DNA from: Octopus sinensis
Taxonomy: Eukaryota
NCBI RefSeq assembly: GCF_006345805.1
Contig: NC_042998.1
Span: 135,160,001 to 135,224,000, forward strand
Length of the DNA: 64,000 bases
Reading direction: 5' to 3'
Below, piece by piece: positions 27,106-39,830 of the stretch. Made by a program: the position numbers and the translations under genes. Within the stretch, counting starts at the first letter, position 1. Each line of letters opens with the position of its first letter. Below the pieces are notes generated by a model. That model made no database searches. It saw only the letters and a list, made by a program, of their open reading frames with translations, and was not told where the DNA came from.

Positions 27106-27513
27106 ACTTCTATATTGATAATCGAATAGTAAATAAGTAGATCTAAGATCAAAAGCGTTCAAACTGTTACAACCAAGATATTTTTTTAAGATTCAGTCTG
27201 GGTACATTCTGGACGACATCATTTGTCTAGTGGCGGTAGCCCTTTACGGCGGGGTGTGGATTGAGAGAGATTTGGCTGCTATTTCTAACATGCTGAGAGA
27301 CCGCCTAGCAGCTCTCCTTTGTTGGCTCATTCGACTATTGGATGATGTATAAAAACATATGTATATATTCTATGGTGTTAAAAAAAAAGAAGTGAGTGTG
27401 TGACTATATATATATATATATTATATATATATATATATATATATGTAGGTCCCGGGTTGATTCGGGGTTAACCACAGTAAATAAGGTACTCAATACATAG
27501 CAGAGTAAAATTA

Positions 27514-27649
27514 ATTTATTATATAGAAGGAGCTTCTACAGGACTAGAACTGTTTCATTCAAGAGAAATCTTCAGGAAGCACTGCTTCCTGAAGATTCTC
27601 TTGAATGAAACAGTTCTAGTCCTGTAGAAGCACCTTCTATATAATAAAT
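27514..27649. repeat. Near-perfect 136-bp palindrome (about 68-bp arms), probably an inverted PLE terminal remnant
   Basis: ATTTATTATATAGAAGGAGCTTCTACAGGACTAGAACTGTTTCATTCAAGAGAAATCTTCAGGAAGCA, then C, then its reverse complement with one mismatch and one indel. Flanked by (TA)n. Confidence 0.9.
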
Positions 27650-28003
27650 AATATATATATATACATATATCACCTAATTATATATATATAGAACTTTAAT
27701 ATTCTATTATCCTTTGTGCGTGCGAATATATATATATATATATATATATGCACATACAAAGGATGATAGAACATTGAAGTTTTTGCTGAATTTCAGGTAA
27801 AAATACACACATATATGAACACTGATTTTTTTTATTAGTGCGTTGAACAATAAACATGCATTTTTATAAACATTCTGCGTCTACAAAACATAAAAAGAAA
27901 TATGAGTGAGTTTATATTAAAAGTACTTGATATGTAAGTATGTTATATATGCGTTTGTTAGTCATATATACAACACATACATATGTGTGCGTGCGTGTAT
28001 ATA

Positions 28004-28070
<67 letters not shown>

Positions 28071-28335
28071 CATATACATATGAGTGTGTGTGTGTGTACA
28101 TATGTATGCACAGTATATCAATATTTATGTCTGTATGTATACAAGTAAAGTATGTTGTGTCTATGAATATGTTATAAATATGGCAGTGGATTAGCAGAAC
28201 TGTTAGCGAGTCGATAAACACATCCCTTGTATTTGTTTCGGTCTTCTACGCTCTGAGTTCAATTCCAGCTGAAGTCAACTTTGCTTTTCATCCCTCCTGA
28301 GTTGATAAAAGAAAGTGCCAGACAAATACTGCACT

Positions 28336-28420
<85 letters not shown>

Positions 28421-28520
28421 CATACATAGGGAGAGAGCTCACGAAAAAAACAAAAGACGAAGACAGGTGGTGTACAAACAAACAGATGTATTAGTATAAT
28501 ACTCAGGAATTGAAAAAAGT

Positions 28521-28556
28521 CTTTTACGTTTCGAGCCTACGCTCTTCTACAGAAAG
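28521..28556 (-). ncRNA. Minimal hammerhead-like motif (PLE type)
   Basis: CUUU CUGUAGA A GAGC-GUAG-GCUC GAA ACGU A AAAG. Stems I and II pair and stem III is palindromic, but the core has A6U. Confidence 0.45.
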
Positions 28557-28828
28557 GGACACAGAAAAAAACAAGGAGAGAAAAAAAATGTGTGTAGTGG
28601 CTACCGATCTATCCTGGCGACTACCGATCGAATCCACACACACATATATATATATACATATATATTATTATTATTGAGGTAACTGAGCTCGACGAGCTGG
28701 GTTTCCGTAAGAGGCCTATGAAACTTTAAGTCGCATAGAACCGAGTCAAACTGTTTTAAATAATATATGACTCTTATTAAATATGTTGAGTGCCTCTTTC
28801 CTTTGTCAACTCTCCCATATACATATAC

Positions 28829-28898
<70 letters not shown>

Positions 28899-28974
28899 TA
28901 TATATATATATATATATATAACATATATATATATCGTGTCAGTGGATAATACATTTGAAAAAGAAGCACTCTAA

Positions 28975-29909
28975 AAGTTAGAACAGTAATGTATTTACAT
29001 GAAATTAAATATATATCTGATTATAGAGTGACCAGTGGTTTCGTACCCATAAAGCGCTTAGTTTTATAGACAACTCGTCAGACTCCAATGACCGCGGCAT
29101 ATAACCTCTCTCCAAACTGGAGGTAGAAAACCATCACGGTCACTTAATTTGTAAACAAAAGAATAATAACATTGTTTGAGCCTTAAACGGGACAAGTCAT
29201 CACCCTTAGACTAGTTTAGTTGGTAAATCTTATGGACTTAAAGGATAAACAGGGAATATCTGTCCTTAGGCTGGTTCCAGTCTGCAAGTACGTTTTACAG
29301 CCCTAATCGGCGAACGAGGAATCCCACGCTTGCAGCAAGTAACGTTTGAAACGGAGGCAAAGGCTATAGATCTCGTACGTCGAGTTTAAGAGAGATCCCG
29401 AATCCAGCGAGTCTTTAAGGATCCTTGTCCACTGTGCTATGCAATATTGCATCATCTATTCCCGTTTATATAGGACTCCGGTTGTTCGTTGATTCTCCAT
29501 TTTATTTCGTATGAAGTTCCTTCATCCTTAAGGCATCACATGTGTCTGGCCAGAGAGGTGACGTAATGTCTTTCCGGAACCCTAAAAGAGAACCTGTGGT
29601 TGTACAGGCGTCGCTTAAAGGCAGTTCTGGCCGACCCGATATATCTCCAAACTTGTGCAGGTTGTGTTCACGCCTCTGGTGTATCTTCTGTTGGCTCTGG
29701 ACATGGAGTTGTTGTTGTCACTGCTGTTGTGGGAGCTGTTATCGATGCTGTTATTACAGGCCGTGGGTCCAGCGTTGTCGCTGTAGTCGTTGCCGCTGCA
29801 GTACTCATCTCCGGCCGTAGTGTTGGTCTTGTTGCTGCTGGCGTGGCCGTCTTCTGTGGCCGTAGCGCTGGTGCTGGTGCTACGGGCGTTGCTGTCGACC
29901 CCGGTAACA
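28975..29909 (-). mobile_element. Penelope-like retroelement 3' fragment: GIY-YIG endonuclease pseudo-ORF (to 29303) plus 3' repeat region
   Basis: Reads WRYIGSARTAFKRRLYNHRFSFR..TSLARHM*CLKDEG..YEIKWRI....SYINGNR*CN, a frameshift, then CIA...ILKD..GSLLNSTYEIYSLC. This is the C-terminal nuclease pattern of Neptune-type PLEs. Confidence 0.85.
29025..29086 (-). ncRNA. Type I hammerhead ribozyme
   Basis: GGAGU CUGACGA [GU-U-GUCUAUAAA loop UUUAUGGGU-AC] GAA ACC-ACU-GGU C ACUCU. Full core, three stems and a GUC site. Confidence 0.8.
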
Positions 29910-29965
29910 CTAATGTACACACACACATACACATATATGCACATACATTTACATACACATGCACC

Positions 29966-29995
<30 letters not shown>

Positions 29996-29996
<1 letters not shown>

Positions 29997-30305
29997 GAGA
30001 CGCAATGGCCCAGTGGTTAGGGCAGCGGACTCGCGGTTGTAGGATCGCGGTTTCGATTCCCAGACCGGGCGTTGTGTGTGTTTCTTGAGTGAAAACACCT
30101 AAAGCTCCACGCGGCTCCGGCAGGGGATGGTGGCGATCCCTGCTGTACTCTTTCACCACAACTTTCTCTCACTCTTTCTTTTGTTGGCCAGCTCGCTTAG
30201 CCAGCGGGGTGGCGTCATGTGAAGGCTAAAACAATGCGAAGCGCATTGTGACCAGCGATGTGTAGCAACATCTGATAGCCTGGTCAGTTACGGGGATCAC
30301 GGTGG
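29996..30305 (+). mobile_element. Type-C tRNA-derived SINE
   Basis: A box TGGCCCAGTGG and B box GGTTTCGATTCCC, with an anticodon-like loop CTCGCGG (Arg-like). The head is shared with 45077-45414. Confidence 0.8.
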
Positions 30306-30337
<32 letters not shown>

Positions 30338-30338
30338 T

Positions 30339-30464
<126 letters not shown>

Positions 30465-30589
30465 GCACGCGGGTGTGAGTGGGTTAATCGGCCTTGAAGA
30501 ATTCAACCTAGTTGGATCACAAGAAGATTCTGGTGCGAAGACGCCGTCCTTGATGTCCAACACCTATTATATGCTACGTAGATGGAAGA

Positions 30590-31040
30590 TGTTAAATACC
30601 TGAGAAAAATCTTGAACATCAAGGAAACTAATCAAAATCAATAACAATGAGGTCCTGACATATGCACCCAGATACCTGGCTTCTTCCTTATACTTCAACA
30701 ACGGCATCTTCATTAGGTTACGTACATCGAATGTCAGATAAGAGACTTGCCATATAAGGAACTTGCCTCCAGCAAGAGAGCAAGAGGGCCCTTCCAGCTC
30801 CGCTTCAAATATATCTGCAAGAGAGACATGATGTCGCTTTATATGAACTTTGACAGGCTGGCGGACACAGCTGGCATCCCAATTGAAACTAGAACCAAAA
30901 AATGGTTTTAAAAGATGTGAGGAGGTGGGGTTTGCTGATGACGAAAAGCAAATCTGACGGAAAAACAGCACCAGGACAAGACTGGCAGATAGTGCCTTTA
31001 GAGGCAGTTATAGTAGGCCCATGGCCTCGTGCGACTAACG
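30590..31040 (+). mobile_element. Decayed RTE/BovB-like LINE 3' fragment
   Basis: Across frames: LRKILNIK..NNEVL..ILQQRHLH..YVHRMSDKRL..YKELASSKRARG..QLRFKYICKRDM. Confidence 0.7.
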
Positions 31041-31269
31041 GCTGACTGATTGACTGACTGTCTGTCTGTCTGTCTGTCTGCATGTCCATATTTTTTCAAT
31101 AATAGGTAGATATCTATTATCTAAAAAATACTGATCTCTTGTCAGTAGGAAATCTCAAGTATCAGAAAGTTAATGAAAATGATATTGAAAATGATATTGA
31201 AAATAATTGTTCATCCATTACTCGATATTGAATGCTGTTTTCCAGTTTGTTACTAATGCACCCCACGCG

Positions 31270-31333
<64 letters not shown>

Positions 31334-34166
31334 TATAACTTAGATTGGGTTCTGCTATAATCAGCGAGCCCATGACTAACTTAATAGCACTGCCTGGATT
31401 GGTCTTTTAAAGCATATTTCAGGACACCATGTACAAGTCGAGCAAAGAGTGTCGTTGTCTAAGGTGTATCCAGGCGTTGCTGGTTTGTTTGGTACTTCTT
31501 GGATTAATTTTTCTAGGTATCGTTTGAATGTTGTGGGTTTTTATTTACTTAAATTTTTTTCGGGATAACGTTGAATAAAGCAGGACCATTTGAAGGAGAA
31601 AAAGAGAAGAAATAAAAAACGTTGCGTCGCAATGTTCTTATGTAATGTGAACTTGACTTTTGTAGGGAACGTAATGGCACGGAGGCTAGCCTTTGGTGAC
31701 TCGTAAACTCGATACCGACATCAATATAGTCGGATCACAAGAAGATTTGACGTAATCAAAAGGTGGGTAAAATGCCCATGATCCTCGCATGTCCCCTGAG
31801 ATCGGTGAGATTGACAAGGCTGTTGTTCAGCTTGAAATTCCCTATACATATATGCAGACGTGTATACTCACTTAGCGGTGCATCACCAAGCCTTCAGTTG
31901 AATATAATATGTATGTATGTACACCAAAACCAGAATATACTCATATCTTTAAAAATAAGGAATTTTGGCAAAACATTCTAATAAAATCAGTAATCCAGTG
32001 CAAGCACAAAAGATCTGATATCGTTCTATTAGACAGGACTATGTATGTATGTATGTATGTATGTATGTATGTATGTATGTATGTATGTATGTATGTATGT
32101 ATGTATGTATGTATGTATGTATGTATGTATGTACGTTGAGATGTTAGTATGCATACATGCATGTATCCAATGTGTAGGTATGCAAAAATGCTGGTATGCT
32201 TGTTTGCTTATATGTATATACGTTAATATGTATGCATATGTTTTTGCATGTATGCGTGCTTCTGTAGACAATCCTATATACATATATGGATGTTCATTAT
32301 TCCGATTTTATTTTTAAAAATTCTCTCCAGTAGTAACAGAACGGGTTTATATTCGAGGAAGAAGGCACTTTTATTGAAATTTAGACAACATTAACTAGGT
32401 AGAAAGTATGCATATAGGTATCTGCTTACATATGTGAATTTGTATTCTTTGGCTTATGTATGCACTTAGATATGAATACATATATGTATATATGTATGCA
32501 TATAAAATATATAACTATGTATACATATCAATAATTGTATATCTATACGGGTGTATATATATGTATGGACCTATTGCAAACTAAACTTCTAGAATGTTTT
32601 GCATATTTTTCCTGTTCCATAATAAATTGTAATTACAATTTCTTAATTAATCACGCCCTTTCTAATTCTGTGTGGCCCAGCTTCTGAATACTGATGCTGA
32701 AGCAGTTAGTTACATAACCTAGTGCGGCAAAAATGGGTATAGATCTAAAATTATAGTCCAGGTGTAGTACCTGTAGATATCTTATTTTGACAGAAATTTT
32801 TTGTTATCCTCTTCATTATATTAACATTTATTGAACAACACATTTCCACTCCATTGCAACACATTTACAAAGGGTTTCGCAGAAACATTCTCCTAATGCA
32901 TGATGGCAAAAAGTATACGTCTAAAGTCATCCGTCATATGACGGATAACTCTGGAAGTATACATTTTCCACCATAGGAAATATGATATACTTACAATAAT
33001 TATAATTCAAACTTTCATCAAACTTCTTAGTGTTTATACAAAATGATGAAACGAATTCTAATTGTCAAGGGAAAAAAATCTATTTATCTTAAAATAATAT
33101 TAAATAAAAGAAAATAATATTAAATAAAACAAATTTCTCATTTGTATATTTGTAGGAAATGTATGTTATTTTTCTGAAGTTTATCAGCACAATCGCAATC
33201 TACTCTAGAGTAATATATCTTTGAAAAATTTCATTTAAAAAATGTGCAGTTTTCAGAAAATTACAAGAACCCTCCCTGCATCTCCTGTGATAACTCTCTC
33301 AGTAGATCGCTTTTACTCCCCTCCTCTTCTATACAGTGTAAATCCTGACTGGAGAAATCAACCAGCTAACAATTATATTGGTCATTATAAAATAAAGATG
33401 CTTTCATATTATAAGTATTTCCTCTTTGATCTGAATGATTTTCGTCTTTTTGGTGCCAGATATCCAATTTTTGTATTTGTTTTAGTTCTTGAAAACTTGC
33501 AGAAATCGGTGCATATATTTTGTAGCTTATCCCCCACCCCATCACCTGATGCTATAAGTTTCGGTTTGTCTTTAATTTAATTCTGTTTATCCAATAGGAG
33601 ACATCTGAGGAATTTGGTGTTCTGTTCTACCAAGCTAGCTTAAAGCTGTATGTTCGGTGCTGGATTAAATCGAACCACTACTTGATTGGTAATTTATTTT
33701 ATTGACCTCCGGAACGGTCAAAAGCAATATACACCTTGATCAGGTTTGAGCTTAAAAAAAAAAACTGGAACAGCTACCGCAAAGCATTTTGTCTTACAGT
33801 CCAACGATTCTGTTCAATGTCTAACATCATTGTAATTTATATCTTAATCTTCAGGGCGATACTTTCTACAGATTGTACTGTATAGTATTTTGGTCGACCC
33901 GTCGTGCCTCATACGTCCATAATATTGGGGTAAGATTTTCAGACAACAGCATATCATGTAAGTTGCATTTTCGTTGTTAATTCTGTTGAGTCCGATTCAG
34001 CTGTCACGTTAGGGTTTTAACCGCATCCCTTGTCTTTTTTTTTTTTTTGTGAGCACAAAGTATTTTGGTATTTCCGGTTCGTTCTAATTCAGAGCTAATA
34101 TAACGTATGTTGGTCAAAGTTAGACTAATCTGATTAGTCTGTGTGTGTGTATCTCTCTCTCTCTCT

Positions 34167-34237
<71 letters not shown>

Positions 34238-34256
34238 CACACACACAAACACACAA

Positions 34257-34289
<33 letters not shown>

Positions 34290-37076
34290 CATACACACAC
34301 ACAGTGATTCACACATGCAATGACATAAATGCATGTATACAATCATACACGCACTCACACACATCCACACGAATATGCATGTATGTATGTCATTTCGTAC
34401 ATGAACTTGTGTGTTGATTTACATATGTCTACAGATACTACAAATACATATATATCAATGCCCATAAAAGCATACGTACATTCATGCTTCGGGCATGACT
34501 GTGTATTTATGTAACTATAAAGAAGGGGCTGGTTTCTCTAAGAAACAAATTCCATCATCGGAGCTGTTGTTTAAAAAAATTCTAAGAGACTAAACGTATG
34601 TATTTAAAGTCATTATTGTTTCAAACATGCGAGATATATGCAAAAAGAAAAGAAAACAGAGAACCATAAATGAGTAATAAGTTACTCACTTTTCAAATTT
34701 TTTTAAACATGTTCTTGTTGTTTCCCCTCAATGTTTAGTTTAAAATATAGGTTTTACGTTCAATTCTAGACGAGGCAGCAATATATTTTCATCTAAATCA
34801 GAGCTTCTCAACCACTTTTTATCTACGGACCCCTTTCATTACTATTTTATTCTGGTGGGCCTCACCTGGCCATTTAATGTTCCGAAAACTAGTTTTATAG
34901 AAACTCCTTTCAAAATTCCTATTTTGCTCATCACACATTCAATAGTGTAAGTTGAACAATGTAAAATGTTAGAGAAAGAAACAAAGCTGTTTCTTGCAAT
35001 ACATACCAATACATACATCTAAATCAAATTTTTTTTTAGGATCCCTTAAACAGTTGTGAATCCCCGGTTCACTATTTTGATATTTGCTTTTCATCTCTCT
35101 AGCTACAAAAAATACCAGTTACATATCGAAGCTAATCAAGTACAAAAAACTGCATATTCATCACAATGTTAAAATTGATTTAAATAACATTGACATCCCA
35201 TCCTCAGCTGCTTCATTGAAAATTATTATTGTTTCGACAACAAGCAGTACCATTTAATTCCGCCAAATTCCTCTCATAAGGTATTGATCAGTCCAAAGCT
35301 ATGTTAAAAAAGCATTTGCCCAAGATGCGACGCTGTAGGATCAAAGGCAGAGCCACATTGTTGCGAAACGAACTCCTTAACCACAGTTTCGCTCGCACCA
35401 TATTTAAACAAACTAACTGTAACTAAACCGTCCATCTTGATGCATATTTAAGACTACATTGTACAATATGTTCTTCCTGCTTAAAGATGGCAAAGTGTTA
35501 TTTGAGGGAATTTGATTGCTATTTCTAGCAAGTATACATACATGCTCCGCCGTCGTCTCTTTTTAAGTCTTGTTGCCTGTTACCTGACCCGATGCCAGGG
35601 TATTCAGCGTGCACCCTCTTTTGAAAGCTCTATTTTGTGCGTCCTTCTCACAGCCCAACAATGAAGCCCGTCCTCCCAATTTTTTTCTACAACATCCTCC
35701 AGCCAGCAACTTTATTATACTAGCAGCAAAAATTCATTTTAAAAAATCAGTTAATTTACTACCAAGAAATCTATAGATATAGAACAATGAATATCTCAGT
35801 AAATTTGGGCAAAAATGTGGAATATTTCACGCCAAACCAAGTGACAAGTCGTAACACCACACGAGTTTCTCGACCACTACGTGTGTCCTCCGTCCCTCAA
35901 TGTTTGGGGGTGACATCGTTAGTCCTCTTAATTGTTAAGTTTATGTGTTTTTAACTGGATTAAGAAATTTTGTATATGTTATTTGTGGAGACACCTCGAT
36001 TTTAGCAGCCTAGGTGAGCTCATAGTTTGCCTGGTGCTTCCACTTTTGCCTATTCTAGTTACATATCTCCTCCATACGAGTTCCCAGATACATCTCGCAG
36101 ATGCTCTGGAACGCATCATCAATAATGTTTTTGGAGCCTCGGGACATTAAATCCCAATGCCTAGTTGACCCGATTAGGGTTGATCATGTCCCAACTTGCA
36201 TCCCAGTAGCAACTACTTAATTGTCTGACTTCTTTATCCAAAACCACACAGTCACCTTCTGTTAGCTTCAGTGATGAAATTTATGATCCTCTTCTTTACC
36301 GCACCAGAAACTACAAACCTAATCAGAACTTTACAGGATGAACGCCCCACAAATGTCCGACAATCCAATGGTCTTACAACGCGTCTACCAGCCCTGGTTT
36401 CTGCGCTGCTTTAACTAGCTCCTGGTATTAGTCGAATTTCTCATAAGCCTTCCCAGGGCCCAGTCTGTTTCCACATGATTACCTGTTTGGTGGAATTTGA
36501 GAAGACGCAACGTTCTAGGAATCATTTCATTTGTTCTCTTCATTGTTAAGTTACCGTGTTTTTAATTGGATTAAATTTTTTTGTGTGAGTTTATCTGTGC
36601 CCCCTCCTCGGATTTTTGCACCCCAGACGATCTCCTTGTTTACCTTGTGCCTAGCTTCCGTTCCCGCCTATTGTTGTGAAGTATCTACTCTTTCATGCAA
36701 AAATTTATATTAAAACAATTTTAATATCATTTAATAGCAGCGATGATTAAATGGTGTAGTTAACACACCTAACTGGAAAGGGTGTTTTAATTTTGTGTCT
36801 AGCTGTATATATTGGCTCTCCAGCAGAGCATAGCAACTTGTTTAGGAAATGGTTTATGTTGGCGGCAAAAGCGGCAGCTGCAGCACCGGTAGCACCAGCA
36901 GCAGCAGCAAGCTATCATTGTACCAAAGCGTAATGAGTTATTTATGTATAACTTATCTTATTTGTTTACAATTATAGCTATAACCACCATTCATATTCTC
37001 TCAAACCGGCTTCAGGTAGAGACGGCAAGACATCATTTTACCTGATCACACCACACACACACACACACCACACACA

Positions 37077-37117
<41 letters not shown>

Positions 37118-37330
37118 CACACGCGCGGTCTCTTTGTCTGCCTGTCTCTCTCTCTCTCCTCAACTGTCTCTCACACTCTCTATTACACACTCATATTATA
37201 TGCTTGCATACTCACGGAGGGAGTAAAAGCAAGCCTGATAAATATAGAAAGGTAATAGGAGACAAATAGATAGATTAGACAGACAGACAGACAGACAAAC
37301 AGAAAGTCAGACTGACAGATAGACAGACAG

Positions 37331-37385
<55 letters not shown>

Positions 37386-37458
37386 GGGGGAAAAGAGAGA
37401 GAGATGAGACTGGCAAAGAGAGATCTTGGTGGGGAGGACGATAACATACACATAAAGG

Positions 37459-37503
<45 letters not shown>

Positions 37504-37721
37504 CGCATAGAAATACAATACAGTCAAACATCTATACTATAATATCAGCAATGATATTATAGCCATCTACGTATTACATAGGAAACAGCAACAAAAGAAA
37601 TAAAAATAAAAAAAACGAAAAAAGAAGAGTAAGTTAGAATACGAAGAAACTAATAATTTACGTTCAACATCGGCAAATGCTGTACAAAATATTCAGTGGA
37701 AATGTTTTATGTTCGTGAGAA

Positions 37722-37759
37722 GAAAATACTAGTTTCAGGCCGAACCCTTCTCAACTTCC
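37722..37759 (-). ncRNA. Minimal hammerhead with U3-A8 core covariation
   Basis: GGAAG UUGAGAA GGG-UUCGG-CCU GAA ACUAGU A UUUUC. Palindromic stem III and a GUA site. Confidence 0.5.
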
Positions 37760-38585
37760 TCTTGGCATAAAACTTATTCCATTGTTAGAATTACAAGTCC
37801 GTAGACATTTTGAACTCTTATATAAACACATACAATCGAGCAGTCGCTCTCCTTCACACATACAGGTGCGCAAGCACAACCTCCCCCCACACACACACGC
37901 ACATGCATACAGTTCTACACAAATAAATTTGTGTGTGTGTGTGTGTATGTGTGTGTGTGTGCATATATAATACGCATACACAAGTGCAGGACATAAAAAA
38001 ACACACTTTACCAACTTTGGCTTTGTGCATCACGTTCCCATGTACTTTTGGCTATTATTGTTATCTTAACTTATCGTTGCTTTTTATCCCCTCTTTTATT
38101 CAGCAGTGGTGCTCAACCATTTTTTGTCCGTAGATCACATTGATTCCTATTTTATTCTCCTGGACTTCCATAACCATTTAATGCATATAAAAACCCTACT
38201 GTATTTATAATTAAATACTATTTGGAATTGAATGCAAAAAAAAAAGAAAAGAAAAGCAATTGGAGTATTTTGTGTATATTAGAAGTGTAACCAATTTATC
38301 ATGGCCCATAAGAGTGGGAGTTCAGTCGGCACGTCTGTCCGGGGTCGAGAGAGCTAAAAAATGAGACCTGTAACTATCTGCTGAACCCAGCCTCTCAATA
38401 TCTTCAGTTCTGAGATGACACTCCTAACTAGTGTTCTAAGGCAGTCTTGTTCCGTTTTGCGGTCTTCTTGAACTGGGAAGGCCCTGCATACTCAGGCCAC
38501 ACAAGTTTTGATGGTTATCTTATATGAATGCATAAATGAATCTATCTGTCTGTCTATCTACCTGCCTGTCCGTCTGTCTGTCTGC

Positions 38586-38644
<59 letters not shown>

Positions 38645-38811
38645 ATGTATGTATGTATGTATGTATGTATTATGTATCTATGAATGTATACGTATGTATA
38701 GATATGTATGTTTGTATTGTACGTGTGTCTGTATGTGTATGTATATATACGTATGTATGAATGGATTGTGTAGCCTCTAATGTCTTTTACGCGTTTTGGA
38801 CATGTCTTATA

Positions 38812-38882
<71 letters not shown>

Positions 38883-39610
38883 TTCAACTACGGTAGTAGT
38901 TGAATAATATTCTTAAGACCGCAATTTACTCACATGTAGCATCTTTCAGAGCTTTTTTGAACGGATTCGCTATCTAATGGTATAACATGTGCTTTGGAAT
39001 TCCTTAAACACAAACATATGTTTGCTTTCTTTTCCAAAGTAGCTGCCCTGTACGATATGAACATCCTGCGCACGTCCAAATACGCCTCGTTACGCCACTG
39101 GCATGACCAAAAGCGTTCCAGTGGTACCCATGCCATCTCTTTGTCAGAGTACTTTATTTTAATGTGTTCCTTCCTTATTTAAGACAATAAAAAGTATGAT
39201 CAGAGGAAAATTTGATTGCTATTTCTAGCATGTCGAGCGATCACGTAGTCGCTTCCTCGTTTGCACGTTTATGTGCAATTGGACCAACCAAACCGCTAGG
39301 AGAGACTAACGAGAACAATCGTGTTATTGCTAAATATGTTTGTACAGTATGGAAAAGCACGCTGTGACCAAACTTTGTATGACGTTGTAGGTCATGTAAT
39401 GTTACCCCAAAATATTCAGTTTGATAAGCTTTCTTTTCTGCCGACGATGAAGGCCTTATAAAGGAAAACTATTAGGATATAATCTTGATATGGAATTGTT
39501 ATGATTAATTAGATTAACTAATTAGCCAAGATTTAGCAATGGACATGATTGTATCACAGCAGCAACGTTATATGTAAGTTTGTTATGAAAGTGTGTAGTC
39601 AAAATATGCA

Positions 39611-39830
39611 AATGATTGACGTCACAAGATTGTGCTGAGTGCGTCACAAGACTAACTGCATTCCTGACATCACAAGATGAATTGAATGACTGACGTCGCA
39701 AGATTTAGCTGAATGGTCATCATAATATGAATTGAACGATCGTGTACATGATTATTTCAATGATTGACGTCGCGAAATTTGTTGAATGACTGACGCTACA
39801 AAAAAGAAAAAAAAAAGATTATTTGAATGA
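39611..39830. repeat. Diverged minisatellite of about 22-27 bp built on TGACGTCA-like cores
   Basis: Units approximate AATGA(T/C)TGACGTC(A/G)CAAGAT....TG, about 8 copies. Confidence 0.65.

Noticed and set aside
29996-30070. tRNA gene
   Set aside because: A and B boxes are present, but there is no proper acceptor stem and the sequence runs into a SINE body.
29668-30159. Mucin-like host gene ORF
   Set aside because: Its 5' part is SINE and microsatellite. The T/P-rich part continues in frame into a PLE nuclease.
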